Shown: positions 1 through 9,139 of the stretch, in pieces | How the letters are laid out: each line of letters starts with the position of its first letter | Numbering within the stretch: position 1 is the stretch's first letter | Assembly: GCA_013151445.1 (NCBI GenBank) | Contig: JAADIG010000052.1 | Span: 2 to 64,001 of the forward strand | Length of the DNA stretch: 64,000 bases | Direction: 5' to 3' | Origin: Actinomycetota bacterium | GTDB taxonomy: Bacteria; Actinomycetota; Acidimicrobiia; Spongiisociales; UBA5794 | Program-made: the position numbers and the translations under genes | The notes under the pieces: generated by a model | Databases searched by the model: none | Seen by the model: the letters and a program-made list of their open reading frames with translations, nothing else | Told to the model about the DNA's origin: nothing

Positions 1-1127
1 TCGGGCTCTCCCCCGACGGGTATCCGATAACTATCGAGTACGACCTGGAGACGATCGCCAGGCTCGACCGCGGAACCGGGACCGGCCTGTGGGCGCATCG
101 GAATCTGCTGCCGGTTTGGAATGTCCCGAACGATTACGCGGCGGATGTCGGACTGACTCCCACGATCCAATCGGCAGCTCTGAGCGACCGTTTCGGTGTC
201 GACCTTTGGATCAAGAACGAGAACACCAACCCCACGGGATCGTTCAAAGACAGAGGCCTTGCGGTGGGTGTCGCTCTCGGTGCTGCGCTCGGCGCCGAGG
301 GTTTCTTTCTACCGACCCAGGGCAATGCCGGCGTCGCCGGAGCATTCTTCTCGACCCGGTTGGGGCTCCTCCCCTGTGAGGTGACCATGCCCGATGGGTA
401 TCAGGGCGGCTTCTACCACCGTGCCGTTGAACACTACGGCGGGAACGTGACATTTGCGGGCGCAAATATTGCCGCGGCAGGAGCCCACGCTCGTCAACGT
501 ATGGCCGACGAGGTGAAGGCGGGTCGACGCGTGGACCTATCGACATTTTATGAGCCGGGCCGTCTTGAGGGTAAGAAGACCATGGGGCTGGAAATCGCAG
601 AGCAGTTCCCGGACGCATTGCCGGACTGGATCATCTACCCAACGGGAGGTGGCACCGGCCTCGTTGGCATCTGGAAGGCGTTCACAGAACTCGTGGCACT
701 CGGACACATCCCAATCGAAAGAAACCTTCCCCGCATGGTCGCGGTACAGTCGGAAGCTTGTGCTCCGGTAGTGGGCGCATTCGCCCGCGGTGACACCTCT
801 GTGTCAGCGATCACCTCCCAGGGAACTGTTGCTGACGGGCTCGATGTCCCCGGAGCAATCATGGGGCACTCGATTCTTGATGTCCTCAGCAAGTCGGAGG
901 GAACCGCAGTCGCTGTTTCGGAAACTTCGATCCGACGCGCCTTCAACGACCTCGGAGCGATTGGAATCCCCGCCGGTTATGAGGCTGCGGCGACCGTTGC
1001 CGCGCTTGGCTCTTTGACTGCGTCCGGCATCGTTGAGAGGGGACAGCGCGTGCTGCTCGTCAACACCGGTGGACCGGCCGTGGCGCTCGCGAAGTCGACG
1101 GTGGCGCCGGACAACAGTTTCCTATAG
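1..1127 (+). CDS. Threonine synthase-like PLP-dependent enzyme (Trp-synthase beta superfamily), 5' end outside window
   Basis: Frame 3 is open from position 3 with no upstream stop. Translation contains the PLP-lysine motif NENTNPTGSFKDRG and a glycine-rich TGGGTGLVG loop. The listed ATG at 264 is internal. Confidence 0.7.
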   Translation, partial: GLSPDGYPITIEYDLETIARLDRGTGTGLWAHRNLLPVWNVPNDYAADVGLTPTIQSAALSDRFGVDLWIKNENTNPTGSFKDRGLAVGVALGAALGAEGFFLPTQGNAGVAGAFFSTRLGLLPCEVTMPDGYQGGFYHRAVEHYGGNVTFAGANIAAAGAHARQRMADEVKAGRRVDLSTFYEPGRLEGKKTMGLEIAEQFPDALPDWIIYPTGGGTGLVGIWKAFTELVALGHIPIERNLPRMVAVQSEACAPVVGAFARGDTSVSAITSQGTVADGLDVPGAIMGHSILDVLSKSEGTAVAVSETSIRRAFNDLGAIGIPAGYEAAATVAALGSLTASGIVERGQRVLLVNTGGPAVALAKSTVAPDNSFL

Positions 1128-1169
1128 TTACCTGTAGATATTCGGGGTGGACCTGCCGACAGACATACC

Positions 1170-1562
1170 ATGGAGCAAGCCCTACCCCTGCACAAGAGCT
1201 TCGTGGATCTGCTTAGACAAGCATGGATCCAGCGCGACGCGTCCATCGTTGACAGATTCGTGGCTGATGATGTCGTCACGTCTCTCCAATCCGGAACCGA
1301 ACCCTTCATGGACAAAAAGGCGGTCATGCACCGTCTCGGCAACCTGTGGGTAGTCCAACGGGACATCTGGACTGACTGGACCGTCGTTTCTGACACCGCG
1401 GACACCTGCCGAATAATTGGCAGCGCCGGTTACACAAACGCTGCCTACATGACACGGGTGACGTTCGAGGGAACAACCTCGGTAACGTTCAGGGATGGCC
1501 TCGTGAGCCGTGTCAAGGTCGACGTCCAGGCAACCGTCGCACAAGGCGTCGACGCGGGTTAG
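1170..1562 (+). CDS. NTF2/SnoaL-like small protein (hypothetical)
   Basis: 130-aa ORF with the hydrophobic/aromatic pattern typical of the SnoaL-like fold. Preferred over the antisense ORF 1182..1586. Confidence 0.4.
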   Translation: MEQALPLHKSFVDLLRQAWIQRDASIVDRFVADDVVTSLQSGTEPFMDKKAVMHRLGNLWVVQRDIWTDWTVVSDTADTCRIIGSAGYTNAAYMTRVTFEGTTSVTFRDGLVSRVKVDVQATVAQGVDAG

Positions 1563-2143
1563 ATCGTGAGGTCCGCGTGCGTCCATGCCCTGGCAAACGC
1601 ATGCAGTGCCTTCGCCCGATGCGACATGACTGCCTTTTCCGATTCGGTTCGCTCGGCCAACGTTCGGCCATCGACGACGAATACGGGGTCATAGCCGAAC
1701 CCATTCACACCACGGCGTTGCATCGCGATAGTTCCCTCAAGCCGCCCCTCGACGGTCAACTCTATTCCTCCGGGCGCTGCGAACGCGATCGCGGTGACGA
1801 ATCGAGCGCTGCGGTGCTCGACACCCACGAGCTCGTTCAACAGCTTTGAAACGTTGTCCTCATCCGACGCGTCCGGTCCGGCATACCGGGCGCTGTGCAC
1901 ACCGGGCGCGCCCCCGAGTGCATCAACGAACAGGCCGGTGTCATCCCCAATTGCGGGTAGTCCGGTAGCAGCGACCACCGAACGTGCCTTCAGCAACGCG
2001 TTACCCACGAGCGTCGTTTCATACTCGTCCACGTCCGGCCAATCGAGCCCGCGCACAATTTCAACACCGAGTCCGCCGTCGCCGAGGATACGTTCAACCT
2101 CGGTGATTTTGTGCTCGTTCTTGGAGGCAATAACGATTCGCAT
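1559..2143 (-). CDS. rdgB: Non-canonical purine NTP pyrophosphatase RdgB (Ham1 family)
   Basis: MRIVIASKNEHKITEV N-terminus and FGYDPVF motif. Adjacent to rph, the classic rph-rdgB pair. Confidence 0.9.
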   Translation of the reverse strand: MRIVIASKNEHKITEVERILGDGGLGVEIVRGLDWPDVDEYETTLVGNALLKARSVVAATGLPAIGDDTGLFVDALGGAPGVHSARYAGPDASDEDNVSKLLNELVGVEHRSARFVTAIAFAAPGGIELTVEGRLEGTIAMQRRGVNGFGYDPVFVVDGRTLAERTESEKAVMSHRAKALHAFARAWTHADLTI

Positions 2144-2158
2144 AGTGCTATGAATTAT

Positions 2159-2866
2159 TCACGCATCTCGGGCGGCAGCTTGGGCAACAACCAGGTCCTT
2201 GATACCTGCGTGAGCAACGTCAAGCATCGCATCCAGCTCGGCCCGGCTGAACGGATCACCCTCGGCAGTGCCCTGAACCTCAACAAGCTTTCCCGACCCT
2301 GTCATGACGACATTGCAGTCAACATCGACCGCAACATCCTCGACATACTCAAGATCGAGGAGCGCCTCACCCTCGTAGAGACCAACGCTAATCGCGGCGA
2401 TATGATCAGAAATCGGTGACTCCTTGAGCCGCCCCTCGGAGACCCATGCATCGAACGCGTCGGCAAGAGCGATCCACGCACCGGTGATCGATGCGGTTCG
2501 AGTGCCTCCATCAGCCTGGAGGACGTCACAGTCAACCGTTGCAGTGATACCTGTCATCTTTGATAGATCCACCCCGGCACGCAATGATCGTCCGATCAGC
2601 CGTTGGATCTCCTTCGTACGTCCACCGCTGATCGACTTGCGATTGATGCGTGTAGTGCCGGAACCTGGGAGCATCGAATACTCGGCCGTTACCCACCCCT
2701 CGGGAGAGTCGCGCATCCACGGCGGTACCTTGTCCGAGAGCGACACGGTGCACAGCACACGAGTCTTCCCCATCGAGATCAGCACCGACCCGGGGGTCAT
2801 CTCGGTGAACCCTCGGACAATCTCCAAGGTTCGAAGTTCGTCGGCGGTGCGTCCAGTTCTCAACAT
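2159..2866 (-). CDS. rph: Ribonuclease PH
   Basis: Full-length 235 aa with RNase PH motifs (RTGRTADELR, ADGGTRTASITGA). Confidence 0.9.
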   Translation of the reverse strand: MLRTGRTADELRTLEIVRGFTEMTPGSVLISMGKTRVLCTVSLSDKVPPWMRDSPEGWVTAEYSMLPGSGTTRINRKSISGGRTKEIQRLIGRSLRAGVDLSKMTGITATVDCDVLQADGGTRTASITGAWIALADAFDAWVSEGRLKESPISDHIAAISVGLYEGEALLDLEYVEDVAVDVDCNVVMTGSGKLVEVQGTAEGDPFSRAELDAMLDVAHAGIKDLVVAQAAARDA

Positions 2867-2867
2867 A

Positions 2868-3647
2868 TCAGAAGGTCTCCTCTTCCAGGGTTATGGTCAA
2901 TCCGGGAGCCGCAAGCTGCACCTCACCAGGGTATTTAGCGGCCGCGACTGCAGCGACGACGTCGTCAACCGTCGCATCCAAATGAAGGTGTGTCAGCAAC
3001 AGTTGACCGGCAGCCGAGCGTGACGCCATCGTTACGGCCCCCGCCACCGTCAAGTGAAACGGATATGGTGTCGACTGGTCTCGATCGTTGCCGGCCTCGG
3101 CAATGAGCAGATCGGTTGCCGCGGCGAGTTCTTCCACCTTCGAACTCGGACCCGTATCCCCGGTGTAGGTGAGTGAACGGCGCAGATGGCTCACACGCAC
3201 CGCGATCGCCGGGACCGAGTGGTTGGCTTCAGCGAATGCACACTCCAACACACCCACAGTGATCACCTCGCCAGGCGTCGGTTCCTCAAACGTGACGATG
3301 TCCCGATAACCATGCGTTGGACCAGCCTGGAGCGCACCAGCAAAGGCCTCCTCAACCCCGGCAGGTGCAATCACCCGCAGCGCGGAACGCGTCCTCCCAG
3401 CCCGCCGCTCCGCGGCGATGTATCCGTAGAGTCCGAAGAGGTCCGCCAGGTGATCGACGTGCCGGTGGGTAACAACCACCGCATCCGGTACGTCTGGTAG
3501 AACACCGAAAAGAGGCTGCAAAGTACCGGAACCCATGTCGAGAACAAGCGAAGTTGTGTCGGCTGTGACAAGGTACCCGGATGCTCCGACCCCGCGTGTC
3601 GGACCGCCCGAGTTGCATCCCAGCACAGTCATCGTGAGATCACTCAT
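2868..3647 (-). CDS. MBL-fold metallo-hydrolase (Rv1339-like atypical phosphodiesterase)
   Basis: HRHVDHLADL metal-binding motif. The start chosen is MSDLTMTVLGCNSGGP, which gives an ATGA overlap with the upstream small membrane ORF. The longer listed ORF start (3788) is Arg-rich and overlaps that ORF. Confidence 0.75.
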   Translation of the reverse strand: MSDLTMTVLGCNSGGPTRGVGASGYLVTADTTSLVLDMGSGTLQPLFGVLPDVPDAVVVTHRHVDHLADLFGLYGYIAAERRAGRTRSALRVIAPAGVEEAFAGALQAGPTHGYRDIVTFEEPTPGEVITVGVLECAFAEANHSVPAIAVRVSHLRRSLTYTGDTGPSSKVEELAAATDLLIAEAGNDRDQSTPYPFHLTVAGAVTMASRSAAGQLLLTHLHLDATVDDVVAAVAAAKYPGEVQLAAPGLTITLEEETF

Positions 3648-3904
3648 CGAAACGTCAGGGCCAGAATCCATGCCACCGAAACACCCATGGCCACGACGAG
3701 GGGGCGACTTACCTTCTCGCGCCATACCCCGATCGAGTGCAGAGCTCCGATTAACCACAGCAACCCGAGCCCCGCTACGGCGGGCCATGGCATAACGAGC
3801 AGCGACACAACGATGAAAAACCCTGCCACAAGATGCATACCAAGTCCGATGTACGCAAACATCAGATGGTGGGGCGATATTTCCTCGGCGGGTTCAGCAG
3901 GCAT
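3644..3904 (-). CDS. Small two-TM membrane protein (hypothetical)
   Basis: 86 aa with two strongly hydrophobic segments. Its stop overlaps the MBL gene start (ATGA). Confidence 0.45.
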   Translation of the reverse strand: MPAEPAEEISPHHLMFAYIGLGMHLVAGFFIVVSLLVMPWPAVAGLGLLWLIGALHSIGVWREKVSRPLVVAMGVSVAWILALTFR

Positions 3905-3979
3905 ACGTGACGATGCTAGTGGAGTGGCACTGGCGTCAAGCTGCCCGCATCCCCGTGAGAGCGAGCCGGGGAAGCGCCT

Positions 3980-4402
3980 TCAAATGTCACCCAAACGGTG
4001 GCCGCCCGCGATTTCGACGGGGAACACGGACGTCTCGGTGAGTCGAAAAGCTCGCAACGTCGGCACAATTCCACCGAGGTCGACGATGACGTGGACCCAG
4101 TCGCGCTCAACGTCGGTCGCCCTGTCGGCGATAGACGGGTAGGCGGGACCACCAGGATGGGAATGGTAGATGGCTCCGATGGGTTCCCCCGACTGCTCCG
4201 CACCGCGCAGCGCACGCACAAGGGTTGCCGGGTCCATGGTGTATCGGTCCGGTGCGGCATCGATGTTCGGTATGGGATACACGCTTGTGACGGCTCCATT
4301 CAAAACACCCAACACGCCACACCCCTCGTTTGGCAGAACTGCGGCGACCGCGTCGACGATCAGACCCCGGATCGTTGCGGAGATGCGTATCGTCGCGATC
4401 AC
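3980..4402 (-). CDS. JAMM/MPN+ metalloprotease (Mec-like)
   Basis: Complete JAMM motif HSHPGGPAYPSIAD (H-x-H-x7-S-x2-D) and an upstream E-x-C-G (NEGCGVLG). A GTG start at 4402 overlaps the arcA stop by 2 nt (GTGA coupling). The alternative ATG at 4441 would overlap arcA by 43 nt. Confidence 0.75.
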   Translation of the reverse strand: MIATIRISATIRGLIVDAVAAVLPNEGCGVLGVLNGAVTSVYPIPNIDAAPDRYTMDPATLVRALRGAEQSGEPIGAIYHSHPGGPAYPSIADRATDVERDWVHVIVDLGGIVPTLRAFRLTETSVFPVEIAGGHRLGDI

Positions 4403-5628
4403 TGGCCGAGGGGTGCGCGCACGATGGGCTGGGTCATACATCGGCTACCACCACGCCCCCGACAGAGCTCGGAACTATCTAGCTCGAGTACCTCGACGCC
4501 GTGTTCACGGAGCCTGGCGTTGGTTTCGACGTTGCGGGAGTACGCCACGACCACACCGGGTGCCAGAGCGAGCGTGTTGTTGCCGTCGTCCCACTGCTCA
4601 CGAAGCCTTCCGATGGCATCTCCACCGGTCGGCAAGAGCGTCACGGACGACAGCCCTAACGCATCCAACAAGGCAGCTTCGAGCGATGGTGCAGCAACGA
4701 CCGACAGCCCACCCTCACCGTTAGCCCGGACAACGTGTACTGCCGTGCCGGTCAACAATCCCGGGAAAACGTTGAACGTCGATCGGTCAACCATCGTGAG
4801 CGCGGTGTCAAGGTGCATGAGTGCCCGAGCATGGGGCAGGTGCACAGCGATTACCTGCTCGACATCGGTTTCGTCGAACAGACGTCTGGCAAGAATCTCC
4901 ACGGCCGCCGGCGTGGTCCGTTCGCCGATGCCGAGGCAGACCGTCAGATCGTTCAATACCAACACATCACCCCCCTCGAGGGACGCTGGATACATATCTC
5001 CACGACTCGCACCGAACACCGACGTCGTAGGTTGGCCCGAGAACAGCGGGTGATGATCGTAGATCGCCGCGACATAGACCGACTCTCGGTGGCGTGCCGG
5101 GGTGGCCAACACGTTGCGCGACAGGTTTGATCCGATCCACGACGCGTTGTCGCGCATGAACAGCAGGTTCGGGAGCGGACTCAGCACATGATGGAAGCGG
5201 TCCGCCACCAGGTCAGCGAACACAGGATCGATGCCCCAAGCCCCAAGTTCGCGCTCCATGATCCCCCCGACGAGTACGTCAACGACGTGGCGCGCCGGGG
5301 CCTCCATCAACGCCGCCACTAGGGCTTCGGATACTGCGGGACCGCACTGTGTGCGTGTCAGCACCGACTCAAGTACACCGAGACGAACATCGAGTTGCCC
5401 CATAACGTCGTAAAGCAACTGGTCGAAGTACAGCACCTCGGTGCCTCGATCCGTCATGAGCCCAACGAATTCATCGTGTTCGTCTTGCGCGCGGTCAAGC
5501 CACAACAGATCATCAAACAGCAGAGCTTCCTTGTTATCCGGAGTGATACGGCCGATCTCGATACCGGGCCGATGGACCAACACGGTTTTCAGCACACCGA
5601 TCTCGGAGTTGATTGCCGGTTTCATCAC
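4399..5628 (-). CDS. arcA: Arginine deiminase
   Basis: 409 aa with the N-terminal SEIGVLKTVLVHRPG hallmark and the C-terminal catalytic Cys context GGSRCMTQPI. Confidence 0.9.
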   Translation of the reverse strand: MMKPAINSEIGVLKTVLVHRPGIEIGRITPDNKEALLFDDLLWLDRAQDEHDEFVGLMTDRGTEVLYFDQLLYDVMGQLDVRLGVLESVLTRTQCGPAVSEALVAALMEAPARHVVDVLVGGIMERELGAWGIDPVFADLVADRFHHVLSPLPNLLFMRDNASWIGSNLSRNVLATPARHRESVYVAAIYDHHPLFSGQPTTSVFGASRGDMYPASLEGGDVLVLNDLTVCLGIGERTTPAAVEILARRLFDETDVEQVIAVHLPHARALMHLDTALTMVDRSTFNVFPGLLTGTAVHVVRANGEGGLSVVAAPSLEAALLDALGLSSVTLLPTGGDAIGRLREQWDDGNNTLALAPGVVVAYSRNVETNARLREHGVEVLELDSSELCRGRGGSRCMTQPIVRAPLGQ

Positions 5629-6398
5629 GTTGCGTCGGCCGCCGCACTGCGAAACAGCATTGCGACCGCGAGGTCGCCATCGATATCGAGTGTGGCCAAC
5701 GATCCTCTCCCCCAGATCCAGCTGGCAAGCGAATGCGCTGGTCCGGTGATTGCGACATCTGGATCGTCAACACCCGTGACGAACTCCATGCCAGGCAACT
5801 CCTCGTAGTGCCTTCCCGACGTGGGCGAGGTGCCCTCAAAGGCACCAAGTTCCAGCATCCATGATGCCTCGACATCGGTGCACGCCAGGTACACGACCTT
5901 GTCGAACGGTATCCAGGTACCCCAGGGTGGACACCCTGTGAGGAGAACTTCGAGAACTTCGGCCGCACAATCAGCGGCGAACTCGCGTTCGAAGGGGACA
6001 ATGTCGCCCACCGCGATCTCCGCGTCGAGCCGATGTATCGCAGTCTCATGTGCCATGCGCCGCATCCAGAATCCGGCGGTCTGGTTCGAGGTGTGCCATG
6101 TGTACAGAGGCGTGGTCGGATCGATGCCGGCCAGTGCGCTCACCATGTCTCGTGCGGCCGCGCCGGCCCAGGCCACGACATCTCGCTCGGGGGCATCAAC
6201 CGGATCGGGGAAACGATCCGTGAGTCCCTCGTTAACCAGATCAAGTGTGCGTCGGTGGATTCGACCCAGATGAGCAACGACGTCTGTCACAGTCCACCCT
6301 GGACAGGTCTCGAGATCGAGATCAGGGTTCGACAGAGCGATGTCATGAAGCCGTTTCGCATCGGCAGTAATCGCATCGAGATAGGTGTTCCAATCCAT
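5625..6398 (-). CDS. Mycothiol-dependent maleylpyruvate-isomerase family (DinB/TIGR03083-like) protein
   Basis: [10 protein letters not shown] and H-rich N-terminal-domain signature. Its stop overlaps the arcA start (ATGA). Confidence 0.75.
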   Translation of the reverse strand: MDWNTYLDAITADAKRLHDIALSNPDLDLETCPGWTVTDVVAHLGRIHRRTLDLVNEGLTDRFPDPVDAPERDVVAWAGAAARDMVSALAGIDPTTPLYTWHTSNQTAGFWMRRMAHETAIHRLDAEIAVGDIVPFEREFAADCAAEVLEVLLTGCPPWGTWIPFDKVVYLACTDVEASWMLELGAFEGTSPTSGRHYEELPGMEFVTGVDDPDVAITGPAHSLASWIWGRGSLATLDIDGDLAVAMLFRSAAADAT

Positions 6399-6468
6399 GT
6401 GGCAAGCCTACTCAGGTCCCAGACGCCGACGTGGACTACCCTCTCCCATCGAGCGACACTGGAGTGGC

Positions 6469-7587
6469 ATGGCGAAGACGATCGGCATCTTGACGGCGGG
6501 TGGCGACTCGCCGGGGCTCAACGCGGCAATCCGCGCCATCGGCAAGGCAGCGATCAGGTCTCACGGCATGCAGGTGATCGGCTTTCGTGACGGCTTTCGG
6601 GGTCTCATGCAAAACCAAACCATCAGACTCGACGGTGCGGCGCTCAGCGGCATTCTCACCCACGGTGGCACGATCCTCGGCACCAGCCGCGACAAACCAC
6701 ACAAGATGAAGGTGGGCGACCGCGTCCTGGACATGACCGATCTCATGATCGAGAACTGCGAACAGAACGGCATCGACACACTCATCTGCCTCGGCGGTGG
6801 CGGTACCCAAAAGAACGCCCTGCGACTCGCCAACGCGGGTCTTCGAATTATCACGCTCCCAAAGACGATCGACAACGACGTTTGGGGCACCGACCGGACG
6901 TTTGGGTTCGACACGGCGCTCGGCATCGCTACCGAAGCCATCGACAGGCTGCATTCGACCGCACACTCACACCATCGCATAATGGTGGTCGAAGTGATGG
7001 GACACAACACCGGCTGGTTGGCTCTCGGATCGGGCCTCGCTGGCGGCGGCGACGTTGTTGCCATCCCGGAAATCCCGTACAACCTGGATGCGCTTGCGGA
7101 AACTATCTCCCATCGCCGTGCAACGGGATCGACCTTCTCGATCGTCGTCGTCTCCGAAGGAGCCGTGAGCGCAGACCACCAGGCAAAGGTCGATATCGTC
7201 AACAGCGATCTTGCATCAGCGACCGGGGACTCCCGTGCAGGATTGAAGGCACAACTCAGGGCTCTTGAATCCGACGAAGGGCAGACCACCGCAGTGCTGG
7301 CAAGAGAGCTGGCTGACCGCACTGGTCTCGAGGCCAGGGTCACCATCCTCGGACACGTACAGCGCGGCGGCACCCCCTCGACGGTTGACAGAATTCTCGC
7401 CACGACGCTCGGCACGGAAGCAGCGCACGCTGCCGCCGAGGGTCTCTCCGGGATCATGATCGCCGCGCGCGGAGCCAACGTCGAGCATGTCGCTCTTGAG
7501 CAAGTGGCGGGACGACGCAAGACGGTTCCACTCGACCACCCGTGGGTTCGCTCCGCCAAGCGGCTCGGGGTCGGGTTCGGAATCTGA
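6469..7587 (+). CDS. pfkA: 6-phosphofructokinase
   Basis: [23 protein letters not shown] and ICLGGGGT motifs. Start chosen at the Met preceding the GGD motif. Confidence 0.9.
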   Translation: MAKTIGILTAGGDSPGLNAAIRAIGKAAIRSHGMQVIGFRDGFRGLMQNQTIRLDGAALSGILTHGGTILGTSRDKPHKMKVGDRVLDMTDLMIENCEQNGIDTLICLGGGGTQKNALRLANAGLRIITLPKTIDNDVWGTDRTFGFDTALGIATEAIDRLHSTAHSHHRIMVVEVMGHNTGWLALGSGLAGGGDVVAIPEIPYNLDALAETISHRRATGSTFSIVVVSEGAVSADHQAKVDIVNSDLASATGDSRAGLKAQLRALESDEGQTTAVLARELADRTGLEARVTILGHVQRGGTPSTVDRILATTLGTEAAHAAAEGLSGIMIAARGANVEHVALEQVAGRRKTVPLDHPWVRSAKRLGVGFGI

Positions 7588-8090
7588 TGATTCGGACACC
7601 GCTCGAAGCGGCGGTAATCGCAGCTGCACGCGCAACCGGCTTCCCCGTGGACTGTGTCGAATGTGATCCAAACCTCGCCGATACGGCAGCCTTCTGTGAG
7701 ACCTATGGGTACACGCCGAACCAGTCCGCCAATACGATCGTCGTGGCTTCACGCAGACCCGAGGGACTCATCGCTGCTTGTGTCGTCCTCGCAACCCACC
7801 GGCTCGACGTCAACGGAACCGTGCGAAAAAGGCTTGGTGCCCGCAAGGTGTCATTCGCACCCGCCGAGCTCACGACCGAGATCACCGGGATGGTGCTGGG
7901 AGGGGTGACCCCATTCGGTCTCCCCCCGGACGTTCCGGTATGGATCGATGCCGATGTCATGGCCGAACCGTATGTGATAGTTGGCGGGGGAAGCCGATCG
8001 CTCAAGCTGGGGGTTCCACCACAGGCACTCGCCGATCTCGCCCCCGCACAAGTCGTCGTTGGCCTGGCAAATGCGGTCCAAGAAACCTAG
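7587..8090 (+). CDS. YbaK/ProX-type aminoacyl-tRNA deacylase domain protein
   Basis: ~167-aa ORF with an ATGA start/stop overlap with pfkA. Translation compared by eye with the YbaK/ProX-type deacylase fold. Confidence 0.7.
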   Translation: MIRTPLEAAVIAAARATGFPVDCVECDPNLADTAAFCETYGYTPNQSANTIVVASRRPEGLIAACVVLATHRLDVNGTVRKRLGARKVSFAPAELTTEITGMVLGGVTPFGLPPDVPVWIDADVMAEPYVIVGGGSRSLKLGVPPQALADLAPAQVVVGLANAVQET

Positions 8091-8097
8091 ACGCACC

Positions 8098-8129
8098 GGA
8101 GCCCACCGGTTTCGATCCCGGTGGGCTCC
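8098..8129. terminator. GC-rich hairpin between convergent genes (putative bidirectional terminator)
   Basis: Perfect 12-bp inverted repeat ggagcccaccgg / ccggtgggctcc with an 8-nt loop. No U-tract. Confidence 0.45.
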
Positions 8130-8148
8130 CATGTCACGTCGGGAACAG

Positions 8149-8961
8149 TTACTCGTCGTACGACACAGCCTCATCAGGTGACGAGTTGAGCGTGAGCACA
8201 AACGCTGCGCACCGAGTGTCCCGGACTACTTCGACGGTGATCTGTCCGTTTCGTGCGCTGTAGACATCGCCGGTGGCCTCGTCGGCAACGAGATCAAAGG
8301 TCTGCGTCCCACCCGAGAACAACCACTCCGTCGCGAACGCGCCGGAGGTATCAGCAAGAACACGAGACGTGCCCATTTCAGCTTCACCGTTCGCCACAAT
8401 GCGCAAGGTCGCCGTCTCGCCAACGTCGAGGTTGGTGACGTACCCGGATGCGCGTACGAGAATATCTGCCCGCGGGGTTGTCCCAAGCGGACATCCCACA
8501 ACCGAACTCGTCACCACGGTACCGCTCGCGATGGTGAACGTGGTGTCACTATTCACCGTTACCAACGAGTCCGTGTCGAACGCGTAGAGCGCCGGCTGAA
8601 AGTCGGTCGGACTCATACCTCCCAATAGTTCCGCGTTGTCCGCGTTCGCCACCGTGGCGTCCTCGGCTCCGAGGTACTCCGCGAAACGACGCATGAATGC
8701 AGCCATCTGCCCACGGGTCACGTTGTCTTCGGGGCAGAAGTTGGTGTTCGCCGGCGGGTTGCAACCAGCGGTCACACCGGCTCCGGCCAACCACTCAATA
8801 TCCGTCTCAAAGATAGATCCGTCGTCGTCGGTGAAGGTGTCGCTCGCCGCGAATACCGCCACCGGGACCACCGAGACGACCATCATTGTCGCCACCGCAA
8901 CAAGTAGCTTGCGGGACCCCTTCTCTCTCAGTTTCTTGAAACTCACGTTCTCTTCTCTCAT
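8149..8961 (-). CDS. Secreted protein with one cysteine-containing SLH-like repeat
   Basis: Signal peptide, then FTDDDGSIFETDIEWLAGAGVTAGCNPPANTNFCPEDNVTRGQMAAFMRR, which fits the SLH consensus (F-D...I..L...GI.G...F.P...VTR.E.A.FL.RAL). Confidence 0.7.
   Translation of the reverse strand: MREENVSFKKLREKGSRKLLVAVATMMVVSVVPVAVFAASDTFTDDDGSIFETDIEWLAGAGVTAGCNPPANTNFCPEDNVTRGQMAAFMRRFAEYLGAEDATVANADNAELLGGMSPTDFQPALYAFDTDSLVTVNSDTTFTIASGTVVTSSVVGCPLGTTPRADILVRASGYVTNLDVGETATLRIVANGEAEMGTSRVLADTSGAFATEWLFSGGTQTFDLVADEATGDVYSARNGQITVEVVRDTRCAAFVLTLNSSPDEAVSYDE
8676..8838 (-). repeat. SLH-like repeat module (1 copy)
   Basis: Protein-level repeat shared with the genes at 9140, 13916 and 28523. Confidence 0.6.
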
Positions 8962-9139
8962 GTCCGTAGCTGACCTCTTGCCAGCATTACCGGTAGAGAC
9001 ACCCGCAGTCGTGGGTTCTTACACAGATGGGTACGATTTCTCGTTTGTCATTCCTTGCGCCACCTTGATGGGGTGTTGTTGCGTTGATAACTACTGACTG
9101 TGGTAATTTGCCCACTGTGTGTTCGACTAACAGGGGAAC

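Noticed and set aside
244-618. Arg-rich minus-strand ORFs over the threonine-synthase-like gene
   Set aside because: High-GC antisense artefacts.
4403-4441. ATG start at 4441 for the JAMM gene
   Set aside because: It would overlap arcA by 43 nt. The GTG at 4402 gives a GTGA coupling and matches Mec-like N-termini.
6561-7559. 332-aa minus-strand ORF opposite pfkA
   Set aside because: Arg/Ser/Pro-rich shadow ORF typical of high-GC DNA. pfkA on the plus strand has clear motifs.
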